This document shows, in pieces, positions 47,417-58,011 of a DNA stretch of 64,000 nt. Made by a program: the position numbers and the translations under genes. Source of the stretch: Polyangia bacterium (GTDB taxonomy: Bacteria; Myxococcota_A; Polyangia; Nannocystales; Nannocystaceae); contig JAUIKS010000004.1 in assembly GCA_030430565.1 (NCBI GenBank), positions 205,992-269,991 of the forward strand, given 5' to 3'. Each line of letters opens with the position of its first letter. Positions within the stretch are counted from its first letter, which is position 1. The notes under the pieces are model-generated. The model worked only from the letters and a program-made list of their open reading frames with translations. It was not told where the DNA came from and searched no databases.

Positions 47417-49471
47417 CTACTCGGGCGCCGGCGCTTCGCTCTCGGCTGGCTGTTCGGGCAGGTAGGGCGGGGGCGCGCCCGGGCTCGGGGGACGACAGCT
47501 CACCTCGTCGTCGCCGAAGGGGGCCTGGCGCGCGCGCGCGGGCTTCTTGAGCGCGTCCTCGCCGAACTTCTCTTTGCGCTCCTGCAGCCGCTTGCTGCGC
47601 TCGAGCTCCGCGGGCTCCTGCGAGAAGTCCAGCGTGGTCTCGAGCTCCTTGCCCTTGCGCCGCAGCGCGACGACGGGCGTGGGGCCGGTGCGCTGCAGCG
47701 CGCGGATGACGTCGCGCGTCGACGAGACCGGCTCGCCGTCGATCGTGAGCACCTCGTCGCCCGCGCGCCAGCCCGCCTTCTTGGCGACGCCCTCCTTGTA
47801 GACGGTCTTGAGCGTGGTCCCGTCGAGATCGACGCCCATCACCCTGCGCGGCAGCGGCCCGCTGTTGGCGCGGTTGAGGAGACCTGGCAGATTCGCCAGG
47901 TTGTAGGCGGCGATCGCGACGACCAGCGCCGAGTGCTCCTGGTACGGCTCGATCGCGGCGTTGAGCGTGTCGTGCTGCGTGTGGTGCATGCAGCGGTAGT
48001 TCGAGCGCCCCTCCTGACGCCAGAAGAAGCCCGGCACGCCGGCGCGGATGAACGGCGTGTGGTCGCTGCCGCCGGTCTGGAGGCTCTCGGTTGGGAGCAG
48101 CTCAAAGGGCATGTTTGGGTCGAGCTTCTGCACCGGCGCGAAGACCTGCTGCATGTCCGCCATCATCTCGGGGGTCACGTCGAGGCCGGCGAGGTAGTTG
48201 GTCCCGCCGTCGTGCACGAGCACCGCGCTGATCCGTTCCATCTCGTCTTTGTGATTCTTGACGTAGCCGCGCGAGCCGAGCAGGCCCTGCTCCTCGCCGC
48301 TCCACAGCATGAAGCGGATGGTGCGCTTGGGCGTGGCGCCGGCGGCCAGCAGCAGGCGCGCGGCCTCCATGGTCGTGGCCACGCCGGTGCCGTTGTCGAC
48401 GGCCCCGGTCGCGCCGTCCCAGCTGTCGAGGTGGCCGCCGATGACGACGTACTCGTCGGGCTTCTCGCTGCCGACGATGTCGGCGACGACGTTGTGCTGC
48501 GGGACCGGTCCCGCGAAGAAGCGGTTGTCGACGCTGAACTCGACCGTGACCTCCTCGCCCGCGCTCACGCGCTTGTGCAGGTCGGCGTGCTGATCGCCGC
48601 GGAGGATGACGTGCACGTCCTCGGGCAGCTCGGACCACTGGACCTTGTAGCGCCCGCTGGTGTGCACGAGCTCGCCGGCGCGGTCCCACGCGGGGTTGAT
48701 GTGCCCGAGCGCGCCGGCCTCGCGCAGCGCGAGGTCGCGGGCCTCCTCGGCCTTGGCCTCATCCGCTTTGCTGCGCTTCTTCGGCTGCTTCTTGGCGGGT
48801 TTTTTGTCTGGCTTCTTCCCTGGCTTCTTCCCTGGCTTCGCCTCGGCCTTGCTCGCCGCGCGCGGGTCCTCGCGCGGCGGGTGCACGACCCAGGCGCCGT
48901 CGAAGCGCGTGGGATCCTGCTCGACCTCCTCGGCGCTCGCGGGCAGCAGGACCGCGCGGCCGCGCGCGGGCCCGACGATGCCCGGCGTCCACGCGCGGGT
49001 GGTGAACTCGTACGGGATCTGCTCGGGCTCGACCATGGCGCCGCGCTGCGGCCCGCGGTCGAAGCCGACCGGGAAGTCGCCCCAGTGATCGAGGGTCGCG
49101 CGCAGGCCCCACTCGATGAATTGATCCCGCGCCCAGCGCTCGGCGGCCATCAGGTTGTGGGATGAGGTGAGGCGCGGTCCGAATTTCTCGGTGAGCGTGG
49201 CGAGCAGCGTGTGCACCTGGCTCTGGGTCCGCTCGAGCTCGACCATGCGCTGCACGACCGGGTCGTCGGAGACCGTCGGGATCACGGGTCCGGGCGCGGG
49301 GGCGGGCGCGGGCGCGGGCGCGGGCGCGGTCGCGGGCGCGGTCGCGGGCGGCCGCGTGTCCGTCGCCTTCTTCCCGCAGGAGGGCGTGAGCCCGAGGAGC
49401 GCGAGCAGGGCGGCGCTCGAGGTGAACGCGGCGCGGCTGCGGGGAGGGCGGACGACGGCGAGCGAGGGCAT
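47417..49471 (-). CDS. M28-family aminopeptidase lipoprotein with PDZ domain
   Basis: 'VVIGGHLDSWDGATGAVDNGTGVATTME' (M28 zinc ligands), 'NYRCMHHTQHD', PDZ 'GVAKKAGWRAGDEVLTIDGEPV'; lipobox 'LLGLTPSCG'. Confidence 0.7.
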   Translation of the reverse strand: MPSLAVVRPPRSRAAFTSSAALLALLGLTPSCGKKATDTRPPATAPATAPAPAPAPAPAPGPVIPTVSDDPVVQRMVELERTQSQVHTLLATLTEKFGPRLTSSHNLMAAERWARDQFIEWGLRATLDHWGDFPVGFDRGPQRGAMVEPEQIPYEFTTRAWTPGIVGPARGRAVLLPASAEEVEQDPTRFDGAWVVHPPREDPRAASKAEAKPGKKPGKKPDKKPAKKQPKKRSKADEAKAEEARDLALREAGALGHINPAWDRAGELVHTSGRYKVQWSELPEDVHVILRGDQHADLHKRVSAGEEVTVEFSVDNRFFAGPVPQHNVVADIVGSEKPDEYVVIGGHLDSWDGATGAVDNGTGVATTMEAARLLLAAGATPKRTIRFMLWSGEEQGLLGSRGYVKNHKDEMERISAVLVHDGGTNYLAGLDVTPEMMADMQQVFAPVQKLDPNMPFELLPTESLQTGGSDHTPFIRAGVPGFFWRQEGRSNYRCMHHTQHDTLNAAIEPYQEHSALVVAIAAYNLANLPGLLNRANSGPLPRRVMGVDLDGTTLKTVYKEGVAKKAGWRAGDEVLTIDGEPVSSTRDVIRALQRTGPTPVVALRRKGKELETTLDFSQEPAELERSKRLQERKEKFGEDALKKPARARQAPFGDDEVSCRPPSPGAPPPYLPEQPAESEAPAPE

Positions 49472-49477
49472 CAGCGC

Positions 49478-50318
49478 GATGGTACTCGCTCTCGCGCGCG
49501 CGGACTCGCCCGGGGCTCGCCCCGGTTTCGACGCGATCTGGTCAGATCGAGCGGGGCGTTTGTTACTGTGCGGCGTGGGCGACGAACGCCGCTATGACGA
49601 GCGCGAGGTCGGGCTGATCCTGAAGCGGGTCGCCGAGCTGCACGGTGAAGAGGGCGAGCGCGGCGACCAGCGCTCGATGAGCACCTCCGAGATCGAGGAG
49701 GTCGTCGGCGAGCTGGGGATATCCAAGGCCCTGGTCTCGCGCGCGGCCTCGGAGGTCTCGCTGCGCGACGTTCGAAATCGCCCGGTGTGGTGGCTGGGCG
49801 GCAAGACCGACTTCATGTTCGAGGAGGTCGTCGACGGCCCGATCGACGACGCGACGCTGACGCGGATGATCGAGCTGCTGCGCCGTCAGCTCGGGGACCC
49901 CGGGGAGCTGCGGACCGAGGGCGCCTCGCGGATCTGGTCGACGAAGCAGGCCGAGGGCAACCGCTGGGTGTTCTTCAGCGTCGTCGAGCAGGGCGAGCGC
50001 ACGACCCTGCGGCTTGAGGAGCGCGCGCCCGTGGACGCGCGCGTGGCCGTGGGCGGCTCCGCGGGCGCGGGCGGATTCCTCGGGGTCATGTCGATGGTCC
50101 CGCTCAAGGCGCTGATGGTGAAGTCGTTGCTGCTGCTCTCGCTGGGCCCGCTCGTGCTGCTCGGCGCGACGCTCGGCTGGGTGGGCGGGCGCGCGTACTG
50201 GGCTCGCCAGAGCGCGCGGCGTGACGATCAGCTGCGCCGGGTGTTCGCCGAGATCATCACGATCGCGCGTGAGCCGAAGCCCGCGCTGGCCCTGGTCGCG
50301 GCGTCGGGCGATTCCTAG
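49478..50318 (+). CDS. hypothetical membrane protein
   Basis: Internal ATG start; C-terminal TM helices 'LMVKSLLLLSLGPLVLLGATLGWV'. Confidence 0.35.
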
Positions 50319-50350
50319 TCGCGCGCGCTACAAGGCAGTCGTGAAGGTCG

Positions 50351-51559
50351 CTACTGCGGCGGCGGGATCTCGTCGCACTTCTGCGCGATCACGCCGGTCA
50401 GGGTGTCGCGCAGCAGCTGGTTCATCTCCTCGGCGGCCTGCTCCGGGAAGTCCTCGGCGAGGTTATCGTCCGGCAGCTCGGTGACCTCCGGCGGCGCGCC
50501 GAGGTTCTCGAGCAGGTCGCTGATCGGCGCCTGGTCGTAGCAGAATTGGTTGAGGAAGCCGCCGCCGATGATGCAGTCGGTGCCGCCGCAGCCGGCCTTC
50601 GCCAGCGCGATGCGCTGGCGGATGTGGTCGCCGCCGCTTTGCCCCTCGATCACGTAGGGCGTCTGATCGGCCTCATCCTGCATGAAGAACAGCACCAGCA
50701 CCGCGCCCTCGTCGCGGATGAAGCCCTCGTTGGTCGCGCTGTTCGCCGGGTCGGCGACCCAGCCGACGGGCGCGGTCGTCATCTCGATCTGCGAGCCGCC
50801 GGTGCCGACCTTGGCGGCGTCGGCGAACCAGTCCTTGAGCCCCTGGAGCTCGGCGGGCCCGGCGTCGGTGTCGATGTCGTAGTAGTGCACGCCGCCGCCC
50901 GGATCGTAGAGTCGCCCCTGGGCGCCGTTGATCCCGTTGTTGACCATGTCGGGGGTCTCGTAGAAGGCGTCTTGCGGCTGGTTGTCGTCACCGGTGGCGA
51001 TGCAGTTGATCGTCGCGCCGCTGCTCGAGTAGCCCATGGTCGTGCTGGTGACGCCGACGTGGAGGTTGGTGCCCGGCGGCAGCGACTCGATGATCGCGTC
51101 GGTGAAGCCGGGGAAGGCGAGCGCGAGCGCGTTCTGGTAGTCGCCCATCGAGACCGAGTTGTCGATCACGAACAGCAGGTCGACCGAGGTGCAGCCGTCG
51201 CCGGTGGTGCCGCCGGTCGTCGGGTCGACGTCGGGCGCGCCGACGTCGAGCTTGGGCCCCGAGTCGCTGGGGTCGCTCGCCACGCCGGTGCCGTCGGTGC
51301 CGTCGGTGCCGGCGGTCGCGCCGGTGGTGCTGCCGGTTGATGTCCCAGAGGTCATGTCTGAGGCCGAGCCGGTGTCGCCGCCCGCGGTCGCGCCGGTGCT
51401 GGACTGCGAGCCTGCGGTGGTGACGAAGCCTGGCCCGCTCGCCGAGGCGCCGTCGCTGTCGGTGCCCCCGTCGTCGCCGTTGCAGGCGAGACCCGCGGCG
51501 GTGAGCGCGAGCGCGAGCGCGGGGAGGGCGGGGGAGGCGAGGCGGGGACGGCGTGTCAT
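50351..51559 (-). CDS. VWA-domain lipoprotein
   Basis: Start ATG 51557-51559 ('LALALTAAGLACNGDDGG' lipobox), S/T/G linker, MIDAS-like 'LLFVIDNSVSMGD'. Confidence 0.5.
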   Translation of the reverse strand: MTRRPRLASPALPALALALTAAGLACNGDDGGTDSDGASASGPGFVTTAGSQSSTGATAGGDTGSASDMTSGTSTGSTTGATAGTDGTDGTGVASDPSDSGPKLDVGAPDVDPTTGGTTGDGCTSVDLLFVIDNSVSMGDYQNALALAFPGFTDAIIESLPPGTNLHVGVTSTTMGYSSSGATINCIATGDDNQPQDAFYETPDMVNNGINGAQGRLYDPGGGVHYYDIDTDAGPAELQGLKDWFADAAKVGTGGSQIEMTTAPVGWVADPANSATNEGFIRDEGAVLVLFFMQDEADQTPYVIEGQSGGDHIRQRIALAKAGCGGTDCIIGGGFLNQFCYDQAPISDLLENLGAPPEVTELPDDNLAEDFPEQAAEEMNQLLRDTLTGVIAQKCDEIPPPQ

Positions 51560-51635
51560 CGGAAGGGCTCCTGGTGCGGGTCGGCGTGACAAAAGGGGTT
51601 CATCTTTATCGCTCGAGCGGCCACAGTTGTTCGAC

Positions 51636-52838
51636 ATGAGCGAGCGCGCGAGCGAGGGGACGAGTGCACATGCAAACGTGGGCGGGGCGCTGATCATCGC
51701 CGAGCGAGCGCTGCCCGATCGCGGCGGGCTCGCGGTCGCGTCCTCGCGGATCGCGGCCCACGCGGCCGCGCTGGGGCCTGCGCACCTGCTCGCGCTGTCC
51801 CGCGACGCGCCGCCCGGCGGCCGCGCCCAGAAGATCGTCAAGAGCACGGAGCGCGCCGGAGAGGACGTTGTTCAGCATCTCGTCGGCCCGCTCGCGCGCG
51901 AGGAGGACACGCTCATGGCGCTGACGGATCACGCGCTCGAGCTGATCGATCTGCACGGCCTCGACTTGGTGCACGGCGTGTACGCGACGCGGGCCGGCTA
52001 CGTGGCGACGATCGCCGCCGCCGCGCGCGGGCTGCCGTCGATCGTGAGCCTGCGCGGGAACGATCTCGATCGCGGGCTGTTTCGGGCCCGCGATCTGCCG
52101 TTTCTACAGCACGCGGTTTCGCGCGCGAGCTTCGTCACCGGGGTCTCGCGCGCGCTGTGTGAGCGGGCCTCGCGGGTGTTCGCGCGGCCGGTGGAGCACA
52201 TCACCAACTCGGTCGACGCGGACGCGTTTAAACCGGAGACCGCCGACAACTCGCTGATCGCGACGCTCGGCCTGGGTGACGCGCCGGTGCTCGGCTTCGT
52301 CGGCGAGCTGCGCGAGAAGAAGGGGATGCGGTTTCTGCTGCCGGCCTTCGCCGAGCTGAGCCGCCGCCGCGACGCTCACCTGCTGCTGATCGGCGGGGTC
52401 CGGGCGGACGCGCAGGAGGCCTTCGAGGCGTTCACGCGCGCGGCCCCGGAGGCGCGCGCCCGCGTGCACGCGCTGGAGTACTCGCGCAAGCCCGGGCGCC
52501 TGTCTCGACTGCTCGGCCTCTGCGACCTGCTGGTGTTCCCCTCGCTGCAGGAGGGCACGCCCAACGCGGTGCTCGAGGCGATGGCGGCGGAGCGCGTGAT
52601 CCTCGCGACGGCGGTCGGCGGGCACCTCGATCTCATCACGCACGGCGAGACCGGGGCGCTGATCTCGCTCTCAGCGCTCGACCGGCTCCCCGGCGCGATC
52701 GAGGAGATGCTCGACCTGCCCAAAGAGACACGGGCGAAGATGGCGAGGGCCGCGCGCGCGCACGTGGTCGAGCACCACGCCCCGGCGCGCGAACGCGCGG
52801 CGTATCACGGGCTCTACTCGCGCGCGCGTGCATCGTGA
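51636..52838 (+). CDS. GT4-family glycosyltransferase
   Basis: 'EGTPNAVLEAMAAERVIL' (E-x7-E) and GT-B fold pattern; ATG at 51636 inside longer ORF. Confidence 0.6.
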   Translation: MSERASEGTSAHANVGGALIIAERALPDRGGLAVASSRIAAHAAALGPAHLLALSRDAPPGGRAQKIVKSTERAGEDVVQHLVGPLAREEDTLMALTDHALELIDLHGLDLVHGVYATRAGYVATIAAAARGLPSIVSLRGNDLDRGLFRARDLPFLQHAVSRASFVTGVSRALCERASRVFARPVEHITNSVDADAFKPETADNSLIATLGLGDAPVLGFVGELREKKGMRFLLPAFAELSRRRDAHLLLIGGVRADAQEAFEAFTRAAPEARARVHALEYSRKPGRLSRLLGLCDLLVFPSLQEGTPNAVLEAMAAERVILATAVGGHLDLITHGETGALISLSALDRLPGAIEEMLDLPKETRAKMARAARAHVVEHHAPARERAAYHGLYSRARAS

Positions 52839-53053
52839 GCGGGCCTCGGGGGCGGCGGCGCGGGCGATCCGAATCGTCCCGCGCGCCGTGACTCTCATCA
52901 TGACAGCGGTGTCCGCGGTGCGACATCCTGGGCGACGCGATTGTCATGAGCGCCGCGCAGCGCGATCCTTGACGGTGCCCCATGCGGCAATTCCCGCTGG
53001 CATGGATCATGCTCTCACTGGTTGCCGACGAGCGCCTCGCCAAAGCCCCGCCC

Positions 53054-54079
53054 ATGTCTTCCCCTCCGTCCCGTCGCGTCCCGAAGCTCCTCCTGACCGT
53101 ACCGCTGGCGCTCACGCTCGCCGCCTGCAACGGAGGTCCGGGCGAGACAGACACCAGCGAGACGGACACGATGGGCGAGGCCGAGTGGGAGGAGTCGCTG
53201 CGCCTCGACACCGAGGCGGGGTCGCTGCTGTCGGCCTGGGGCTACCCGACCGGCGTCGTCTTCGCGGTCGGAGGAAATCCCGACAGCGGGAAGATTTACC
53301 GCTACAGCGGCGACTCGTGGATCGAGGAGGTCACCGGCGCGCCCGTGCCGCTGCTCAACTGGGTCGACGGCAGCGGCGTCGACGTGTGGGTCGTCGGCAA
53401 CGAGGGCGTGACCCTGCGGCGCGTTCAGGACGGCTGGACCGACATCGAGAGCCCGACCGAGGAGCCGCTGTGGGGCGTGTGGGGCGCGAGCTCCGGCGAG
53501 GTCTGGGCCGTGGGCGGCGATCCGCTCACGGAGAACCCCGCCGTGATGCTGCGCTTCGACGGCGTCGCTTGGGAGGACGTCCCGCTGCCGACCGTCGACC
53601 GCCCCTTCGGCGCGCTGTTCAAGGTCTGGGGGACGAGCCCCGACAACGTGTACGCCGTGGGCGAGTCGGGCGTCGTGCTCCACTACGACGGCGCGAGCTG
53701 GGCGCAGGAGGCCTCGGGCACGACCAAGGACCTCATCAGCCTGTGGGGCGCCGGGCCCGACGAGATCCTCGCGGTCGGCGGGCGCGGCATCGCCACGCTG
53801 CTGCGCTACGACGGCGCGAGCTGGACCGAGACCCTGGTCGGCACCGAGCCGGGGCTCAACGGCGTGTGGATGGACTCGGACGGCTACGCCTACGTCTGCG
53901 GGCAGGGCGGGAAGGTCGGCGTGATCGAGCCCGGCGGGGACTCCTACACCGGCGAGCGCGTCTCAGACTTGGTGCTGCACGGTTCCTTCGGCTTTGACGG
54001 CGGCCGGTACTTCGCGGTCGGCGGATCGCTCGATCGCAACGCGCCCTGGGAGGGCGTCGCAATGGTGCGCGCGAATTAA
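53054..54079 (+). CDS. beta-propeller-repeat lipoprotein
   Basis: Lipobox 'LALTLAACNGG'; ~45-aa repeats 'V[WY]AVG..G..L.YDG.SW'. Confidence 0.45.
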   Translation: MSSPPSRRVPKLLLTVPLALTLAACNGGPGETDTSETDTMGEAEWEESLRLDTEAGSLLSAWGYPTGVVFAVGGNPDSGKIYRYSGDSWIEEVTGAPVPLLNWVDGSGVDVWVVGNEGVTLRRVQDGWTDIESPTEEPLWGVWGASSGEVWAVGGDPLTENPAVMLRFDGVAWEDVPLPTVDRPFGALFKVWGTSPDNVYAVGESGVVLHYDGASWAQEASGTTKDLISLWGAGPDEILAVGGRGIATLLRYDGASWTETLVGTEPGLNGVWMDSDGYAYVCGQGGKVGVIEPGGDSYTGERVSDLVLHGSFGFDGGRYFAVGGSLDRNAPWEGVAMVRAN

Positions 54080-54136
54080 TGGAGGCGGAGGCCGGTCACC
54101 GCGACGCTCGATCCCGACGGATTTAGGACCTGAATT

Positions 54137-56431
54137 ATGAGACATGCACACTCGGCCTCGATGCTGGCGGCGCTGCTGGTGATCCCTACGCTCACCGCGT
54201 GCCCGGCTCCCGAGGAAGAGGTCCCGCTCGCCGAGGACATCTACGCGCCGCTCGGCGAGATCCTGCCGAGCGCGAGCGAGGAGCAGCGCGAGACCTTCAT
54301 GAAGGGCGAGGCGGTCGCGCGGCACCGCTTCACCGAGGAGGAGGGGCTGGGGCCCCTGGTCAACGTGACGTTCTGCGGCAGCTGTCACGAGAAGCCGGTG
54401 TTCGGCGGCAGCGGCGGGCGCTACCGCAACTTCTACCTGACCGCGATCAACCTCGAGGACGGCAGCCAGCTCGAGCTCGATCACGGCGGCGTGCTCACGG
54501 CGTACTCCCTCGACTCGGACCAGCCGCGCCCGACGCTGCAGCCCGGCGTCAACCAGATCGCGCACCGCAACCCGATCCCCTTCTTCGGCGTCGGCCTGAT
54601 CGCCGAGCTCGACGAGGAGTCGATCCTCGAGAACGTCGACGAGGACGACGCGGACGGCGACGGCATCTCCGGGCGCGCGAACTACGACCGCGGCTTCGTC
54701 GGCCGCTTCGGGCGCAAGTCGCAGACGGTCAGCATCGAGGGCTTCATCCGCGGGCCGTTCAACAACCACATCGGGCTGACCTCGGATCCGCTGACCGAGG
54801 AGCAGAAAGCGCGGCTGCCTGTCCCTTCGAACAGCGAGCCCGTCGAGGGCTTCCGCCAGGCGGCGGCGCCGGACGAGCCGCTGACGGACGACGACGAGGC
54901 GCCGGATCCCGAACTCGCCCCCGAGGATCTGTTCAACATCGTCAGCTGGGCGATGCTGCTGGCGGCGCCGGAGCCCGGGCCCAACACCGCCGCGTCGGCG
55001 CGCGGCGAGCAGCGGTTCAAGGACACCGGCTGCGCGAGCTGTCACGTCCCGTCGCTGGTCGGCCCGCGCGGGCGGGTCCCGCTGTACTCGGATCTGCTGC
55101 TGCACGACATGGGCGACGCGCTCGCCGACGGCATCTCGATGGGCATCGCGACCGGCGTCGAGTTCCGCACGCAGCCGCTGTGGGGGATCGCCGCGGTCGC
55201 GCCCTACCTGCACGACGGCCGCGCCGACACGCTCGAGGAGGCGATCCTGTGGCACGGCGGCGAGGGCGAGGGCGCGCGCGAGGCCTACGAGGCGCTGTCT
55301 GAGCCCGAGCGCGCGGACGTCATCGCGTTCCTCGAGTCGCTCGGCGGGATGGAGCAGCGCTCCGACGGCCTGCTGCCCCCGGACGCGCCGATCCCCGAGG
55401 CCGGGGAGCCTGGCGCGCCGATCGGCGTCGAGACCGAGCTCGAGCTCGAGCTGTGGCTGCGCGGGCGCGAGGTCTTCGACCGCGACATGTACCTGTCCGA
55501 AGGACTCGGTCCGTACTTCAACGGCGACAGCTGCCGGGCCTGCCACTTCGACCCCGTCATCGGCGGCTCGGGTCCGCTCGACGTCAACGTGATGCGCTAC
55601 GGCAGCGAGCAGCCCGAGGGCGAGTTCGTGTCCCCGCACGGCGGCACGATCCTGTCGAAGCTCAGCGTGCCGGCGCTCGTGCGCCTGGAGCACGACGCGG
55701 AGCAGCACGACGTCTTCGAACCGCGGCAGACGCCGCAGGTCTTCGGCCTCGGGCTGATCGACTCGATCGCGGACGACACGATCCGCGGCAACGCGGACCC
55801 CGACGACCTCGACGGCGACGGCGTTCGCGGCGTGGTGCACGATCTGATCGACGGGCGCGTGGGTCGCTTCAGCTGGAAGGGCGGCGTGCCGAGCACGCGC
55901 GAGTTCGTCCGCGACGGCATGTCCAACGAGCTCGGGCTGACGCTGCCGGCCGAGGACGGCCTGACCTTCGGCTTCCTGACTGACGAGGACGACATCGCCG
56001 ACCCCGAGCTCAGCATGAGCGAGCTCGACGCCATCACCTACTACCTGACGCACCTCGCCCCGCTCGCGCCGGTCGCCGACGTGCCGGGCGGGCTCGCGGC
56101 CTTCACCGAGGTCGGCTGCGCGAGCTGTCACATCCCCGAGCTGCCCGGCGAGGACGGCCCGGTGCCGCTGTTCTCCGACCTGCTGCTGCACGCGACGCAG
56201 GACGACGGCTACGTCGGGATCGTCGACGGGATGGCGAACGGCCGGATGTTCCGCACCGCGCCGTTGTGGGGGCTGCACGCGACCGCGCCGTACATGCACG
56301 ACGGCGCGGCGCAGACGGTCACCGAGGCCATCGCGGCCCACGCCGGCGAGGCGGCCGCGTCGCGCGACGCGTTCATGGCGGCACCGGCGGCGCAGCGGTC
56401 GCTGATCGTGGAGTTCCTCGAGTCGCTGTGA
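54137..56431 (+). CDS. tetra-CxxCH c-type cytochrome, tandem duplication of a di-heme DUF1111-like (putative peroxidase/thiol-oxidoreductase) unit
   Basis: Four heme-binding motifs 'CGSCH','CASCH','CRACH','CASCH'; internal duplication ('PLWG.A..APY.HDG.A.T..EAI..H.GE' appears twice); lipoprotein-like N-terminus. Confidence 0.55.
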   Translation: MRHAHSASMLAALLVIPTLTACPAPEEEVPLAEDIYAPLGEILPSASEEQRETFMKGEAVARHRFTEEEGLGPLVNVTFCGSCHEKPVFGGSGGRYRNFYLTAINLEDGSQLELDHGGVLTAYSLDSDQPRPTLQPGVNQIAHRNPIPFFGVGLIAELDEESILENVDEDDADGDGISGRANYDRGFVGRFGRKSQTVSIEGFIRGPFNNHIGLTSDPLTEEQKARLPVPSNSEPVEGFRQAAAPDEPLTDDDEAPDPELAPEDLFNIVSWAMLLAAPEPGPNTAASARGEQRFKDTGCASCHVPSLVGPRGRVPLYSDLLLHDMGDALADGISMGIATGVEFRTQPLWGIAAVAPYLHDGRADTLEEAILWHGGEGEGAREAYEALSEPERADVIAFLESLGGMEQRSDGLLPPDAPIPEAGEPGAPIGVETELELELWLRGREVFDRDMYLSEGLGPYFNGDSCRACHFDPVIGGSGPLDVNVMRYGSEQPEGEFVSPHGGTILSKLSVPALVRLEHDAEQHDVFEPRQTPQVFGLGLIDSIADDTIRGNADPDDLDGDGVRGVVHDLIDGRVGRFSWKGGVPSTREFVRDGMSNELGLTLPAEDGLTFGFLTDEDDIADPELSMSELDAITYYLTHLAPLAPVADVPGGLAAFTEVGCASCHIPELPGEDGPVPLFSDLLLHATQDDGYVGIVDGMANGRMFRTAPLWGLHATAPYMHDGAAQTVTEAIAAHAGEAAASRDAFMAAPAAQRSLIVEFLESL

Positions 56432-56928
56432 TCGTCGCCGCCTGCCCACGCGCGTGGGCGCTGTCGACGGCGCTGCTGCTCGCGGCGCTGGCGAGCGCGG
56501 GCGCGTGCGAGGGCGCGTGCGAGGAGGACATCCGCGCGCAGACCCTCGAGGAGCGGCGGCTCATCACGATCGCGGCCGAGGGCGAGACGATCGAGGTGCT
56601 CGTCGAGGTCGCGCGCAGCCAGACGGAGCGCGAGCGCGGCTGGAAGCACCGCCAGTGCGACATGGAGGGCCTGGCGCTGGCGCTCGAGTCGCCGACCGAG
56701 GCTCCGGTCTGGATGTGTGAGGTCGGCGTCGCGCTGGACCTGCTGTTCGTGCGCGGCGGCGAGCTCGTGGCGGTCGAGCGCGCGGCGCCGCCGTGCGCGG
56801 CGCCCTGCGACGCGTGCCCGCGCTACGGGGAGGGCGTGACGGTCGACGCGGTGATCGAGCTGCCCCATGGGCAATATTCGGATGTCGAGCTCGCGGTCGG
56901 CGGCGCGGTCTCGGGCTTGACGCCCTGA
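56428..56928 (+). CDS. DUF192-like secreted protein
   Basis: GTG overlapping upstream stop (GTGA); signal peptide; 'IEVLVEVARSQTERERGWKHR...GLALALE..' resembles DUF192/COG1430. Confidence 0.4.
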   Translation: MIVAACPRAWALSTALLLAALASAGACEGACEEDIRAQTLEERRLITIAAEGETIEVLVEVARSQTERERGWKHRQCDMEGLALALESPTEAPVWMCEVGVALDLLFVRGGELVAVERAAPPCAAPCDACPRYGEGVTVDAVIELPHGQYSDVELAVGGAVSGLTP

Positions 56929-56964
56929 GCCGCGCCGCGCGGCCGCGCGGTGGGCCCCGGCGCG

Positions 56965-58011
56965 CTACAGCGCCTCGATCGCGGCCTTGCTGAACACGAA
57001 GTCGAGGCCCTCGCCGGCCATCTCGCGGTGACAGCCGTAGCAGTCGGCCTCCGAGGCCATCGGCGTGCCGTCGGGCTCGAAGAAGGCGTGCTCCCACTCG
57101 CCGTTGCGCGTCTCGGGCGTGTAGTTGCCGAAGCCCTGCTGCTTCTCCATGACCGCGATGATCGCGAGGTCGTCCTTCATGAAGTTGCCGTCCATGTCGA
57201 CGACCGGCTGCTCGTTGCCGTCGAGCAGCGCGTTGTAAATCTCCATCACGATGATCGAGCCGCGCGCGAATTCCCCGTCGGCGCTGTCGACCGCGACGGA
57301 GTTGGCGTAGATGTCTCGGACCTGATTGGTCGACTCCTTGTCGACGGTCGTCGCCAGGGCGTAGGTCAGGTACTCGTCGGGGAAGTTGAGCAGGTCGGTG
57401 GTGCCGCCCACCGGGGCCGGCTCCGTCTGCCAGGCCTTGAGCTGCGAGAAGGTGAACATGTACTCGGTGCTCGGGCCGGCCATCTCGAGGTGGCAGCCGT
57501 AGCAGTCGAGCTCCGACGCCATGTCCTGGCCGTCGGGCGAGAAGAAGGCGTGCTCCCACTCGCCGTTCGCGGTCTCGGGCGTGTAGTTGCCGAAGCCCTC
57601 CTGCTTCTCCATCAGCGCGACGATCGAGAGCTCGTCGGCGATCAGACGGTTCTGATCGTCGTAGACCGGGTTGCCGTCGCCGTCGGTCATGGCGCTCCAG
57701 ATCTCCATCACGATCTTCGAGCCGTAGTCAAGCGAGTCCGCCGGGCTGTTGAGCGCGGCGTCGTTGGCGAACATCCGCCGGACCTGCAGGTTGTCGACCT
57801 TGTCGACGGTGGTGTACAGCGCGCCGTTGGCGTAGCCGTCGGGGAAGTCGACGACCTCGTGGTTGCCGCCGAGGGGCGCGTCCTCGACCGGCCCCGCCGT
57901 GGTCCCGTCCGTGCCGTCGGTGCCAGAGTCGGTGCCGCCCCCGTCATCTCCGCTGCAGGCGGTGGAGAAGAGGAGCAGTACGGAGAGTAGACCTGGGAGT
58001 CGAGACTTCAT
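56965..58011 (-). CDS. lipoprotein with two tandem CxxCH-containing domains (cytochrome P460-like duplication)
   Basis: Lipobox 'LLLFSTACSGDDGG'; two ~150-aa repeats each ending '...NGEWEHAFF.PDG..MASE.DCYGCH.EMAG'. Confidence 0.5.
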   Translation of the reverse strand: MKSRLPGLLSVLLLFSTACSGDDGGGTDSGTDGTDGTTAGPVEDAPLGGNHEVVDFPDGYANGALYTTVDKVDNLQVRRMFANDAALNSPADSLDYGSKIVMEIWSAMTDGDGNPVYDDQNRLIADELSIVALMEKQEGFGNYTPETANGEWEHAFFSPDGQDMASELDCYGCHLEMAGPSTEYMFTFSQLKAWQTEPAPVGGTTDLLNFPDEYLTYALATTVDKESTNQVRDIYANSVAVDSADGEFARGSIIVMEIYNALLDGNEQPVVDMDGNFMKDDLAIIAVMEKQQGFGNYTPETRNGEWEHAFFEPDGTPMASEADCYGCHREMAGEGLDFVFSKAAIEAL

